A DNA stretch of 10,415 bases from Candidatus Hadarchaeota archaeon. Its GTDB lineage: Archaea; CAYQAE01; CAYVLA01. Shown here in pieces: positions 1-7,940 of the stretch. The position numbers and the translations under genes were made by a program. Every line of letters starts with the position of its first letter. Position 1 is the first letter of the stretch. The notes under the pieces were generated by a model. That model was given only the letters and a program-made list of their open reading frames with translations. It was not told the DNA's origin and made no database searches. The stretch covers positions 1 through 10,415 of the forward strand of contig CAYVLA010000118.1 of NCBI GenBank assembly GCA_964452145.1. The letters are read 5' to 3'.

Positions 1-2
1 GG

Positions 3-3000
3 AACGGCGACACGCCCGTCATCATGATGACCGACACCAGTCTGCCCGGCGTGGGGACCTTCACGGTGCGGCTGATAGATAGGGGGGTGAGCGTGAGCGA
101 TGTCCGTTGGCTCCCAGAAGGCCTCAACGATCTTCCCATTCCCTCTCCCGATTCGAGCATGGATCAAGCCGTCTTGTCAATCGCATTGTCAGGCGTGGGT
201 GTTGGCGTCTTCGAATCAGCCGGCCTCATAGTCGGATCATCCAGCCTCGAGACTCTCGTTCTCTGCCAGCCCCACCGTGTTCTGATCGGGGATACGCGGG
301 CGCGTGGAAGGATCATAGAGTTCGAAACTCTGATTTCCACTAAGCACCTATCCGGAGAGCCGCATTCCATGACATGGTCGGAGGGAAACGGGTTGCTGGC
401 CGCAAGCTTTGGTGAGCTTGAGAACCAGGTGAAGGTGTGGAGGGTGGAGCCTGATGGGAGTAACCGCGTGGTGTGGGCCCTGTGGGACGGGGACTCGCCC
501 AGAGACCTTACCTTCTCGCCCTGTGGAGGCGTGCTTGCGTACTCGACTGGCGGTGGCGAGGTCAAGGTCTGGCGCTTGGGGGAGGACAATGCAAGGACGG
601 TCTACGCGGATGGGAAGGGCACGACGGTGACGCGGATATGCTACTCGCCGGACGGTACTCATCTCGCCCTGGTATCCTCTGGGTCTGAAGCGGGAACAAG
701 GATACTGGATCTTCGCAGCCTAGATGTCTCAGCTTGGTTCGGGGAGGGGCTAGCGTACGGGGTGGTCTGGATGCCGGGTTTGGATGGGCTGGTCCTCGGA
801 ACAGCGTCGAGCAACGGGGTGGGCATCTGGCGCGTGGACGACTTGGATGCGGTCCGCATCTTCCATGTGGACACCGCTCTGCCCGTCAGGTGCCTAGACT
901 GGTCGCCGGATGGCAGATTCCTCGTGTCGGCCATGGCGTCGGATGAGGGGGGCCCGACTCATCTGCATCTGTTTGAATGGGTCGATGGCCTCCTCGTGCT
1001 CGTCGACGAAAAGAGGATCATCTACGAATGGTCGAGCGACGCGTACCGGCACCCCGTCGCCTGGTGTCCGAGCTCGATGGCGGTGGTCTTTGCCTTCGGA
1101 ATGGGGGAGTACAAGGATCCTTGGAGGGAGGAGTGGGGAATGCCGGAAACGCCGATGTGGATAACCGTAGATCCCGAGGCAATGGGATACGAAATGGTCG
1201 TCGTTTCTCGCCCCGTATCCGTCTCCCTGGTTTCGATATGGCATTGGTTTGACAAGCTGAGGCCGAGCGTTGCCTTGTGGAGCGTCCATTCCGGCGAGCT
1301 GGATCCGTGGGGCTGCTTTCCGACCATGACGGGATCCATTGTCTCGATCAGCTGGCTGGCAGAAGGCCCCTTCGTGGCGACCGCCTCGGACGATGGTTTC
1401 GTCCTGTTGTGGAATGCGAGCCCAGGTGCTTGCGTCCGTGAGCTGGGGGTCCTTGGTGGCCTCGCCGGTCTCCTTGCCCTGATGTCTGCTGCATATGCTG
1501 TTGCGGTAGCAGGGCCGATTCCGGGGAGGTGGATGCCCAAGGCATCCGACGGACCGCGGCATGTATCTGTGTCACATGTTCGGGTTCTGGGTGATATGAC
1601 TGGACCGGTCTGCACCAAGGCTGGTGTTGGGGGCAAGAACGCTGCGGGAGGCTCAGGGTGGATTCCTCTCGTCAAGAGTTGGTCCGGGGCCGCTCAGAGC
1701 TTTGCATGTCTGTCAATGCTGATGATCGTCACGGTTAATTCGTGTGCGGCTCTCCCGGACGCGGCCCCGGGGCTGAACATTGGCCAGGCCCCGGGACAAC
1801 CAGCGGTGGTGATCGGTCTCGGCAGTCTTCAAGGAGCCAGACTCAGCCCGGACGGCCGTCTGCTGGCAACATGCAGCGATGTGGGGCTGCACATCTGGCA
1901 TCTGAACGGAAGCCTCGCAGGGTTTGTGGCAGCGAAGGAGGGCATTCCCTGGGCGGGCTTCGAGTGGTCTCCCTGCGGATTGCTGCTGGCCGCAACGGAT
2001 TTCCTTGGCCGCATATGCATGGTGCCTCTCTCCAACCTCTCGGACCAGGCCATGATCGTGCACGACTACGGGCTGCTGTTCCAGATCAGTGGTGGGCCGG
2101 TGCAGCCGTGGCCCATCGCCTGGTCGCCCGACAGCTCGCTTGTCGCCCTGATCTACGCCGATGGCAAGGCCCATGTCTTCGATGTGGCAAGGCGGGTCAA
2201 CATCAGCACGCTCTACGAGAAAGATGAGCTGGGACCCGTTCTGGGAGCACCCGCCGTGATCCTTGACTGGTCGTCTGATGGCGAGAGGCTGTTGAGAAGC
2301 GGCCGCAACGGCATACTGGTCTACAATACCAGTAGCTGGGAGCTGTCAGCAGAGATAGGGAACACGAACGGCGGATGGTGGAGGCCAGCCGCCTTCTCGC
2401 CCGACGGGGCAAGGATAGCGGTCATCCACCGAGATGCCGCGGGCAGCTGCTCAGATACGGGCAACGCCTCCGGGTTTTGCCTTGGCATCTACGACGCGGC
2501 CACAGCCCAGCCCATATCATCCACCCCAATCCGGGGCGATCCCACCGCACTCTCCTGGTCACCTGACGGAAGCTTCATCGCCCTGGGCACATCGGGCACC
2601 ATCCTGGTCTACCTCGCAGAGGAAGGTCGGCTGGTTCAGAACGTCTCTGCCCATTCTACCATGATATTGTCAGTATCCTGGGAAGGGACCTATCTTGCCT
2701 CATCATCCTGGGACCAGACGGTCAGGATCTGGTCTGTCTCACCGTCCGGCGGGATGTTGCCCGTCAGGACCCTGGAGGGCTGGGGTTCCGGGGAGCAGAC
2801 GGTTCGCTGGCTGTCGGGCCGGGAATCGATCATCAACTCGGATAGAACGAGGCGGACTGTCCGGATTCTCGGAGTCGATGGCTCGGTGAAGCTGGAGCTG
2901 GTTGACCTGGGCCCTGCAGAGCCATCATCGGCCGTGGTTTCTCCGGATGGTAGGATGATTGCCGCGGTCGGGCAGGGAGAGTTGGTGGTATGGGACGCGG

Positions 3001-3923
3001 TCTTCGGCACCCTGGCCACCAAGATCGATGTCGGTGATGTCGGTTTCTACGCATCATTCTGCGAGTGGAGCCCGGGATCGGGCAGGATCGTGGCTGTGGC
3101 AGGAGGCGATGGAGCGAGGCTCTGGGACCTCGACACCCGGCCGCCTTCGGGCCATCTCATTGCGGGGCTTCAGGTTCGCTGCATGGCGTGGTCGCCTCGA
3201 GGCGATCTGCTTGCCCTAGGAATTGTCTCCAGTCTGGGCTCAAGGGTCGAGGTCTGGGATCCTTGGAGGCCCGCGCTCCTGGCCTCTGCCCCCACCTGGC
3301 AGTCGGTATCCTCCCTGGCTTGGTCGCCGGATGGTGCCATGATCGGATGCCTTGCAGGGTACGATCCCGACGGGCCTTATGAGAAGACGAGTCTCCTTCC
3401 GCCGGGTTGTGATCCTTCGTGCGCAGCTATGGTTACCGTGTGGGGTTTTGTCGTCGGCTCGGGGGAGGCAACCCTTGCCGAGCTGGGCCGAGAGGTCATC
3501 GCGCGGGCGATGCTGCCCGGGCGTTACGGTCTGGCGTGGGCAGCCAACTCGAGCATGATAGCGGTGGCGATGGGAGCCTGGACAGGAACGGTCCGCCAGA
3601 CTCCCAGCTCCGATGGCTCCTCTGATTCTGGCTGCGGGATATCCGCACCGGGTGTTTCCATATGGAGAACTGATCCGGACTCCCAGGGCTTGGAGCTTGT
3701 GGCGATGCTGGGAGGGCCCGTCAGGCCCGTTTCGTCGGTGGATTGGTCGCAGGACGGATCGATGATCGCTGCGGGATCCTGGGATGGGACGATATGGATA
3801 TGGAGGGTCGGGCCCGATAACGGAGCGACGGTGGCCGAATTCTCGATGCCCTGTCTTCTGGCGTTGGTCGTGCTGATCGTCGCCCTTGGGCATGTGAAAG
3901 GACAAGATCTCCGCTCATGCTGA
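3..3923 (+). CDS. Large WD40-repeat (multi beta-propeller) membrane/surface protein, 5'-truncated by the window edge; possibly two genes fused in frame
   Basis: The frame is open from base 3 (NGDTPVI before the ATG at 24), so the true start is probably upstream. Many WD40 blade motifs occur: TFSPCGGVLAYS..EVKVW, LDWSPDGRFLVSA, VATASDDGFVLLW, LASSSWDQTVRIW, VDWSQDGSMIAAGSWDGTIWIW. Hydrophobic segments lie at about 1443-1514, 1701-1751 and 3843-3890. Stop TGA at 3921-3923. Confidence 0.88.
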   Translation, partial: NGDTPVIMMTDTSLPGVGTFTVRLIDRGVSVSDVRWLPEGLNDLPIPSPDSSMDQAVLSIALSGVGVGVFESAGLIVGSSSLETLVLCQPHRVLIGDTRARGRIIEFETLISTKHLSGEPHSMTWSEGNGLLAASFGELENQVKVWRVEPDGSNRVVWALWDGDSPRDLTFSPCGGVLAYSTGGGEVKVWRLGEDNARTVYADGKGTTVTRICYSPDGTHLALVSSGSEAGTRILDLRSLDVSAWFGEGLAYGVVWMPGLDGLVLGTASSNGVGIWRVDDLDAVRIFHVDTALPVRCLDWSPDGRFLVSAMASDEGGPTHLHLFEWVDGLLVLVDEKRIIYEWSSDAYRHPVAWCPSSMAVVFAFGMGEYKDPWREEWGMPETPMWITVDPEAMGYEMVVVSRPVSVSLVSIWHWFDKLRPSVALWSVHSGELDPWGCFPTMTGSIVSISWLAEGPFVATASDDGFVLLWNASPGACVRELGVLGGLAGLLALMSAAYAVAVAGPIPGRWMPKASDGPRHVSVSHVRVLGDMTGPVCTKAGVGGKNAAGGSGWIPLVKSWSGAAQSFACLSMLMIVTVNSCAALPDAAPGLNIGQAPGQPAVVIGLGSLQGARLSPDGRLLATCSDVGLHIWHLNGSLAGFVAAKEGIPWAGFEWSPCGLLLAATDFLGRICMVPLSNLSDQAMIVHDYGLLFQISGGPVQPWPIAWSPDSSLVALIYADGKAHVFDVARRVNISTLYEKDELGPVLGAPAVILDWSSDGERLLRSGRNGILVYNTSSWELSAEIGNTNGGWWRPAAFSPDGARIAVIHRDAAGSCSDTGNASGFCLGIYDAATAQPISSTPIRGDPTALSWSPDGSFIALGTSGTILVYLAEEGRLVQNVSAHSTMILSVSWEGTYLASSSWDQTVRIWSVSPSGGMLPVRTLEGWGSGEQTVRWLSGRESIINSDRTRRTVRILGVDGSVKLELVDLGPAEPSSAVVSPDGRMIAAVGQGELVVWDAVFGTLATKIDVGDVGFYASFCEWSPGSGRIVAVAGGDGARLWDLDTRPPSGHLIAGLQVRCMAWSPRGDLLALGIVSSLGSRVEVWDPWRPALLASAPTWQSVSSLAWSPDGAMIGCLAGYDPDGPYEKTSLLPPGCDPSCAAMVTVWGFVVGSGEATLAELGREVIARAMLPGRYGLAWAANSSMIAVAMGAWTGTVRQTPSSDGSSDSGCGISAPGVSIWRTDPDSQGLELVAMLGGPVRPVSSVDWSQDGSMIAAGSWDGTIWIWRVGPDNGATVAEFSMPCLLALVVLIVALGHVKGQDLRSC

Positions 3924-4117
3924 CGACCCGGCCTCTCGCATAACGGTGGTGCAAGGTGGTTCAACGGACCCGTTCCTGTAAGCGAGGTAGTGCGGGCCAG
4001 GAGTTGAGTTGCACACCGGGCATCGGTGCGTGGTGCATGGCGAAGGAGGCATCACACACGAGGAAAGAGGCATCTTGCGATGATACTGCTCCCCTTCCGC
4101 CCTCAACCCAATACGCC

Positions 4118-4177
4118 CTGACCTGACACTGACGGCCTTGTCACAGTCTGACCTGACGCTGACAGATCTGTCAGTAT
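4118..4177. repeat. Two imperfect 30-bp tandem repeats, each carrying CTGACCTGAC(A/G)CTGAC and a TGAC-N6-GTCA dyad; the second contains the perfect 16-bp palindrome CTGACAGATCTGTCAG (4159-4174)
   Basis: Read directly: 4118-4147 ctgacctgacactgacggccttgtcacagt and 4148-4177 ctgacctgacgctgacagatctgtcagtat. Confidence 0.8.
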
Positions 4178-4194
4178 CTTCCGACAGGGAAGAG

Positions 4195-5186
4195 ACCTGT
4201 CTTGTGCGTGGCTGGAATACCGACAGATTTGTCGCAATGCTGAAGGTGAACCGACAAAAAGAAGAGGTGTGGGAGAAAACGCACCGAGGATGGTCCGGGA
4301 CGGGCTTCTACGGTAGTTCGGCCCAAGCCATGATGCGAAGCTGGGATGGGGGATACGTCTTGGCTGGTAGGATATCCCCGGGGACAGGCTCCCATATGTA
4401 TATCCTGAAGACCGACTCCGATGGGGAAAAGGTCTGGGATATCATCCTTGATCGGTCCAAGGCTAGGGCTGCATCGGGCATCGCTCCGAGTTGTGATGGG
4501 GGATGCGTTGTGGCGGGAGGCGCCTGGGCGAGGACTCTGAGTCTCCCTGGGTCTACCTGGTCGGGATCAACAAGCTTCAGAATCGAACAGTCCACAACCT
4601 GACATACTTCTTGGAGCCCAGCGGCATGGTCACCGCCCATCACCTGATGTCCGTGGAGAGGACGGCTGAGCGGTTCAACATCTCCATCACGTATCCCTGC
4701 GCCATCCCAAGGAACGATCTTGTTGTAAGAACTGGGGAAGGTGCCGAGACATCCTTCCTAGTGAGCTATTCACCTGATGCGAGAACGACCCTGGATATCG
4801 AGCAGTATGGAAGTATGGGGGAGATTGAGGTCATCTTCAACCTTACGTGGCATCGCTGTGGTCGTAGAGGGAACAAGTTCTCTGTTGGGCCTGTGGTCTG
4901 GGATGACTACCCCATACGCACCCAGATCTCCGTGTTCCTGCCGCCCCAGTATGTGGCTGCTGATTGGTCCCCAAAGAGCAACTCCCACCTGACCCTTGAA
5001 ACTGATCCTGACAGATTCCGAATCTCGTGGTTCAATGTGAGCCAGACTGAGATCAACCAAGGAGGGGAGCATTGGGTCATCTTCCAGAAGCCCCGAGGGC
5101 CAGGGCTGGTGTGGTTCATTCTTCCCAGCTTGGCGGTAATCCTTGTCTCTGTGTATCTTGCTCTGAACGGGGTGGGCCTGATATAA
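4195..5186 (+). pseudogene. Frameshifted and probably 5'-truncated surface protein: propeller-type repeats, an extracellular beta domain and a C-terminal TM anchor
   Basis: The first frame has the repeat pattern DGGYVLAG..MYILKTDSDGEKVW and DGGCVVAG. The expected continuation (RRLGEDSESPWVYLVGINK) lies in the 4503..5186 frame, and adding one G to GGG 4515-4517 joins them. The second part has 5 N-x-S/T sequons and a terminal TM (LVWFILPSLAVILVSVYLAL). No signal peptide or convincing start is visible, so the 5' limit is approximate. Confidence 0.65.
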
Positions 5187-5343
5187 GCTAAAGAAGCGGA
5201 GTAGCAAAGATCGGGATACTCGGACTATGCCTTGGACAAGCTATTTCTCGAGTATTTCGAGCCGCCGGATTCGTCCTCCCCCGAAACGAGGACTGAGGGA
5301 CCTGCCTTCGCAATGATTATCTGGGGTCCACCGAGGGACATGG

Positions 5344-5637
5344 ATGAATGAGCATCGCCGCTCTTTCTTGGCTGCTCTTGTCGGCATCGTCCTGTTCTCC
5401 GCAGGCGTTCTGTTGGCTTTGGTCTCTGCTCCTGGTTCCCCATCAGATTGGGGCTATTACTGTTTCTACAACAACTGGGAGATCCCGATCTACTCTACTA
5501 CTCCAGTGGCCTGGCACATCGAGCAAAGGTTCGCAGTAGAAAGCAGCGGCGTCATACAAGTTTATGACTGTTGGCCCTACATGCAAGTTGACCCAGCGGC
5601 GGACTATTCGTGGGGATACGGTCTGTTTCACGGGTGA
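5344..5637 (+). CDS. Small exported or membrane-anchored hypothetical protein (97 aa), possibly a truncated gene
   Basis: ATG preceded by GAGGGA. The N-terminus has RR followed by a hydrophobic stretch (SFLAALVGIVLFSAGVLLALVSA), then an aromatic-rich domain. Confidence 0.6.
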   Translation: MNEHRRSFLAALVGIVLFSAGVLLALVSAPGSPSDWGYYCFYNNWEIPIYSTTPVAWHIEQRFAVESSGVIQVYDCWPYMQVDPAADYSWGYGLFHG

Positions 5638-5699
5638 GGACAAACCTGCTGATCGAGAGATCCCTGAAGACAAGATATGATATGGTATGGATGGTGGTA

Positions 5700-5712
5700 G
5701 AAAGGTTAATAT
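5700..5712 (+). promoter_or_regulatory. Putative archaeal BRE/TATA promoter for the 5740-6980 gene pair
   Basis: GAAAGG followed by TTAATAT (5706-5712), ending about 28 nt before the GTG at 5740, consistent with a leaderless or short-leader transcript. Confidence 0.55.
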
Positions 5713-5739
5713 GGTAAAAACCCAACCTACACACTTGGG

Positions 5740-6384
5740 GTGGAAGCGATTGGAAGTTATCGTTGTTTGGGAAGAAGGAATGTCAAGGGATCTTGCACCG
5801 CATTGGCCGCATTGGTTCTACTCTCGATGCCGTCGGCACTCGGATCGTCCCGGTTCGCAGGGCATGCATATTCGGGATACGCTCAAGGAGTATCAGCTTT
5901 GATTCGTACGATTAATCCAGATATGTACCAGGCTCAGAAGGGCTTATCTGAGCACGTCGTGGTCGTATTGTCCTATTACTATAGATATCATGTGCAGGTT
6001 GGCTACCGTAAGAGACTATTCTATGGAACAAACTTCTACATGGAGAAGCGAGATAGAAACGGCTACGATAAGAGAATCTTTGAGAGTCTATCACCCTATA
6101 GCTGGCATACGTATAGGATTCAGCCCGGATACACAGGACAGTGGAAAATCTACATAGACGGGGTACACAAGGGCTCTTATGTCACAGACCCTCCGGAGGC
6201 CGCGGAATCGGGCGCGCTTGTGGAGACCGTCAACGGAGTGGTCATGATAGACGGCACGGAATTCCGAGATATCTCCTACTATAATGCTTACGCTGGTCAA
6301 TGGTATCTATGGAACTGGCATCATCTCGTTGAAAATGATCCCTACCACATCATTGAACTATATGACTACTGGTTCATGGCATGA
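5740..6384 (+). CDS. Secreted neprosin/eqolisin-like beta-sandwich protein, putative glutamic peptidase
   Basis: Signal peptide (RRNVK..ALAALVLLSMPSALG). The motif order resembles the neprosin catalytic domain: GVSALIRTINP, HVQVGY, GQWKIYIDG..GSY, SGALVET, FRDISYY. Candidate dyad Q86/E162. The CDS is well supported; the function is inferred. Confidence 0.6.
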   Translation: MEAIGSYRCLGRRNVKGSCTALAALVLLSMPSALGSSRFAGHAYSGYAQGVSALIRTINPDMYQAQKGLSEHVVVVLSYYYRYHVQVGYRKRLFYGTNFYMEKRDRNGYDKRIFESLSPYSWHTYRIQPGYTGQWKIYIDGVHKGSYVTDPPEAAESGALVETVNGVVMIDGTEFRDISYYNAYAGQWYLWNWHHLVENDPYHIIELYDYWFMA

Positions 6385-6980
6385 GGGGGTGGTTAGCGGT
6401 GGACTTCAGGATGAAGATAGTGATCGGATGCGCCGTGGTAGTGATACTGGCCGCTACGATGAGCATAGTCCTGAGACCACATTCCTACGAGTTCCCGTCC
6501 TTCTCGGTGGAGATGGTGGAGAAACTCACGGTAGACGAGGTCGTGGCCAGGTTCGATCCATCGGGAACCCTGCTGTTGCCCACGTGGATGCCGGGTCAAC
6601 TTGAGTTGCAGGAAATATATCTTCCTAGTCAGGTGATAGTCTTGGCGTACGGTGATGTGCCCATAGAACACGACATCATCGAGGCAAAAGTGTGCATCGA
6701 ACTCAAGAGGTCAAATCGTACGCCGACGCTTGAGGAACTGAAGAACCAGACATCCGCTGAGATTCTGGAGATTGGAAGCTTCTTGGTGGTGGTAGTTGAG
6801 GATGCCTTCGCTTCACCCAAATGGGTAGAACGCGGTTTAGAGCCGCTGTTTGCCTATTTCTATCACGATGGCTTCTACTACCTCATCGGGACTAGAAAAG
6901 GAGAATACACACGGGACGATTTGATTCGCATCGTGGAGAACATGAAGCCCGTGGGGCCAGAAACCCTCAGAAAGTCATAG
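6381..6980 (+). CDS. N-terminally membrane-anchored protein with a DUF4367-like extracellular domain
   Basis: ATGA overlap with the upstream stop (alternative starts GTG 6399 or ATG 6411). TM segment IVIGCAVVVILAATMSIVL. LLLPTWMPG near the domain start and YFYHDGFYYLI..YTRDDLIRIVENMKPV at its end fit the DUF4367-like pattern. Confidence 0.7.
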   Translation: MRGWLAVDFRMKIVIGCAVVVILAATMSIVLRPHSYEFPSFSVEMVEKLTVDEVVARFDPSGTLLLPTWMPGQLELQEIYLPSQVIVLAYGDVPIEHDIIEAKVCIELKRSNRTPTLEELKNQTSAEILEIGSFLVVVVEDAFASPKWVERGLEPLFAYFYHDGFYYLIGTRKGEYTRDDLIRIVENMKPVGPETLRKS

Positions 6981-7069
6981 CACACGATGCCCAAACTCAG
7001 GGATGCATCTGATAGTGCCAAGGTGTCTGTAACCATACACCACTCCGAGATTGCGCCCGGGGAAAGCGA

Positions 7070-7270
7070 GCTGGGCAGAGGCCGAACTGCCGTATTGGGC
7101 AGTGGCGGCGCTTGCCGTTACTCTAGTCATCCTGGTGATTTGATCGGCGGCCTTGGCCGTCCCAAAGACGTCGATGCCCGAGGCTTCCATCGATGACTCG
7201 GCGGCCAGATCCTACCGGGCGGTGGAGGCCGTCGAGCAGCACGCTCTGGCCTCTGCCAACAGTGTCGCCG
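7070..7270 (-). pseudogene. Probable degraded remnant of a DUF2284-family (predicted metal-binding) gene
   Basis: The minus strand reads DLAAESSMEASGIDVFGTAKAA, resembling the DUF2284 C-terminal motif (ARPSMEAxGIDVxxT). An in-frame TAG lies just upstream (7214-7212) and the upstream Cys cluster is not intact. Limits are approximate. Confidence 0.4.
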
Positions 7271-7327
7271 GGACGAGCTGGGTTGTGTGTTGGATCTCGA
7301 GGTGTCCTTGGATCTGAAGCTGATTGA

Positions 7328-7675
7328 CTACACTGATGTTGGTTCAACCAGTATCTTGTTGCCGATCTTGCTTATCGTGACCTCCGTACCGGGCTCCAGC
7401 TTCATCTGTCGTTGGAGGTCTGCAGGTATTCTGAGGACTAAGCCGCGCCCCACGGACGTAAGTTTCCTGTAGAGTTTCAGGGGCTCCGGCCATACGCTCA
7501 GGGTTCTGGCCGCTGCGATCGTTCTCTGGGATTCTTCTTCGAGGGGGAACTCCTCCCCGCATGAGGAGCACCGTTCGCCTTTCTCGACGAAGACGTAGCC
7601 GCCTATCTCCGACACTATGCTGTCAACCTTCTCCAGTCGCCCCTTGCCGCACGACGGGCATTCCTTCGCTCTCAT
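7328..7675 (-). CDS. Putative type II antitoxin (115 aa): N-terminal YgiT/MqsA-type C4 zinc ribbon fused to a C-terminal AbrB/MazE/SpoVT DNA-binding domain
   Basis: Start ATG at 7675 (MRAKECPSCGKG) follows GAGGGG and overlaps the toxin stop (ATGA). It has CPSC..CSSCGE zinc ligands and the swapped-hairpin motif RKLTSVGRGLVLRIPADLQRQMKLEPGTEVTISKIGNKILVEP. Confidence 0.85.
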   Translation of the reverse strand: MRAKECPSCGKGRLEKVDSIVSEIGGYVFVEKGERCSSCGEEFPLEEESQRTIAAARTLSVWPEPLKLYRKLTSVGRGLVLRIPADLQRQMKLEPGTEVTISKIGNKILVEPTSV

Positions 7676-7908
7676 GTCCCCTCTGCCCCCGTTATGATGA
7701 ATATCTCCTCTTCGCATTCCACCAATATCACCTTCCTTCCCTTTCGGCCGGTCCTCATGCGAATCTCGTACTTGGATTCCCCGATCCTCTCGGTTTCCCC
7801 GCCTCTCAGGGCTTCCCTCAGTTGGACTAGGTCCCAGTCCCATCTTCGGAGCCATGTGTTCCTGAAGTGCTTGCTCGGCCTGAGGGGTTTGTCGAGATCT
7901 AGCGCCAT
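7672..7908 (-). CDS. Putative type II toxin (78 aa), DUF4258-like / RelE-BrnT-fold ribonuclease
   Basis: A small charged protein with SKHF..LRRW..QLREALRGG and C-terminal KVILV..EIFIITG, following the DUF4258 pattern (S.HA..RM..R.I....I...L..G ... IIT). It is translationally coupled upstream of a Zn-ribbon regulator. Confidence 0.7.
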   Translation of the reverse strand: MALDLDKPLRPSKHFRNTWLRRWDWDLVQLREALRGGETERIGESKYEIRMRTGRKGRKVILVECEEEIFIITGAEGT

Positions 7909-7940
7909 GCTGGTGCACGATACATGATATGGTCAGACAC

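Noticed and set aside
107..3964. Many alternative-frame and antisense ORFs over the WD40 gene
   Set aside because: They are Arg/Pro-rich shadow ORFs expected in GC-rich coding DNA, with no recognisable motifs.
3915..4106. 63-aa minus-strand ORF with CPVC
   Set aside because: Only one CxxC and no convincing start signal or domain, so a zinc-finger gene cannot be supported.
4118..4177. Repeat as a CRISPR array
   Set aside because: Only two adjacent units, no spacers of normal length and no cas genes in the window.
5207..5297. KIGILGLCLGQAISRVFRAAGF-like reading and a GTCCTC/GAGGAC hairpin in the intergenic gap
   Set aside because: The peptide resemblance to a Rossmann or hydrolase motif is short and ambiguous with no start codon; the 6-bp hairpin has no U-tract.
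7328..7918. 196-aa ORF as given in the track
   Set aside because: Its first 81 residues overlap the toxin gene in another frame. The real antitoxin start is ATG 7675 (RBS-like GAGGGG, ATGA coupling, Zn ribbon begins at once).
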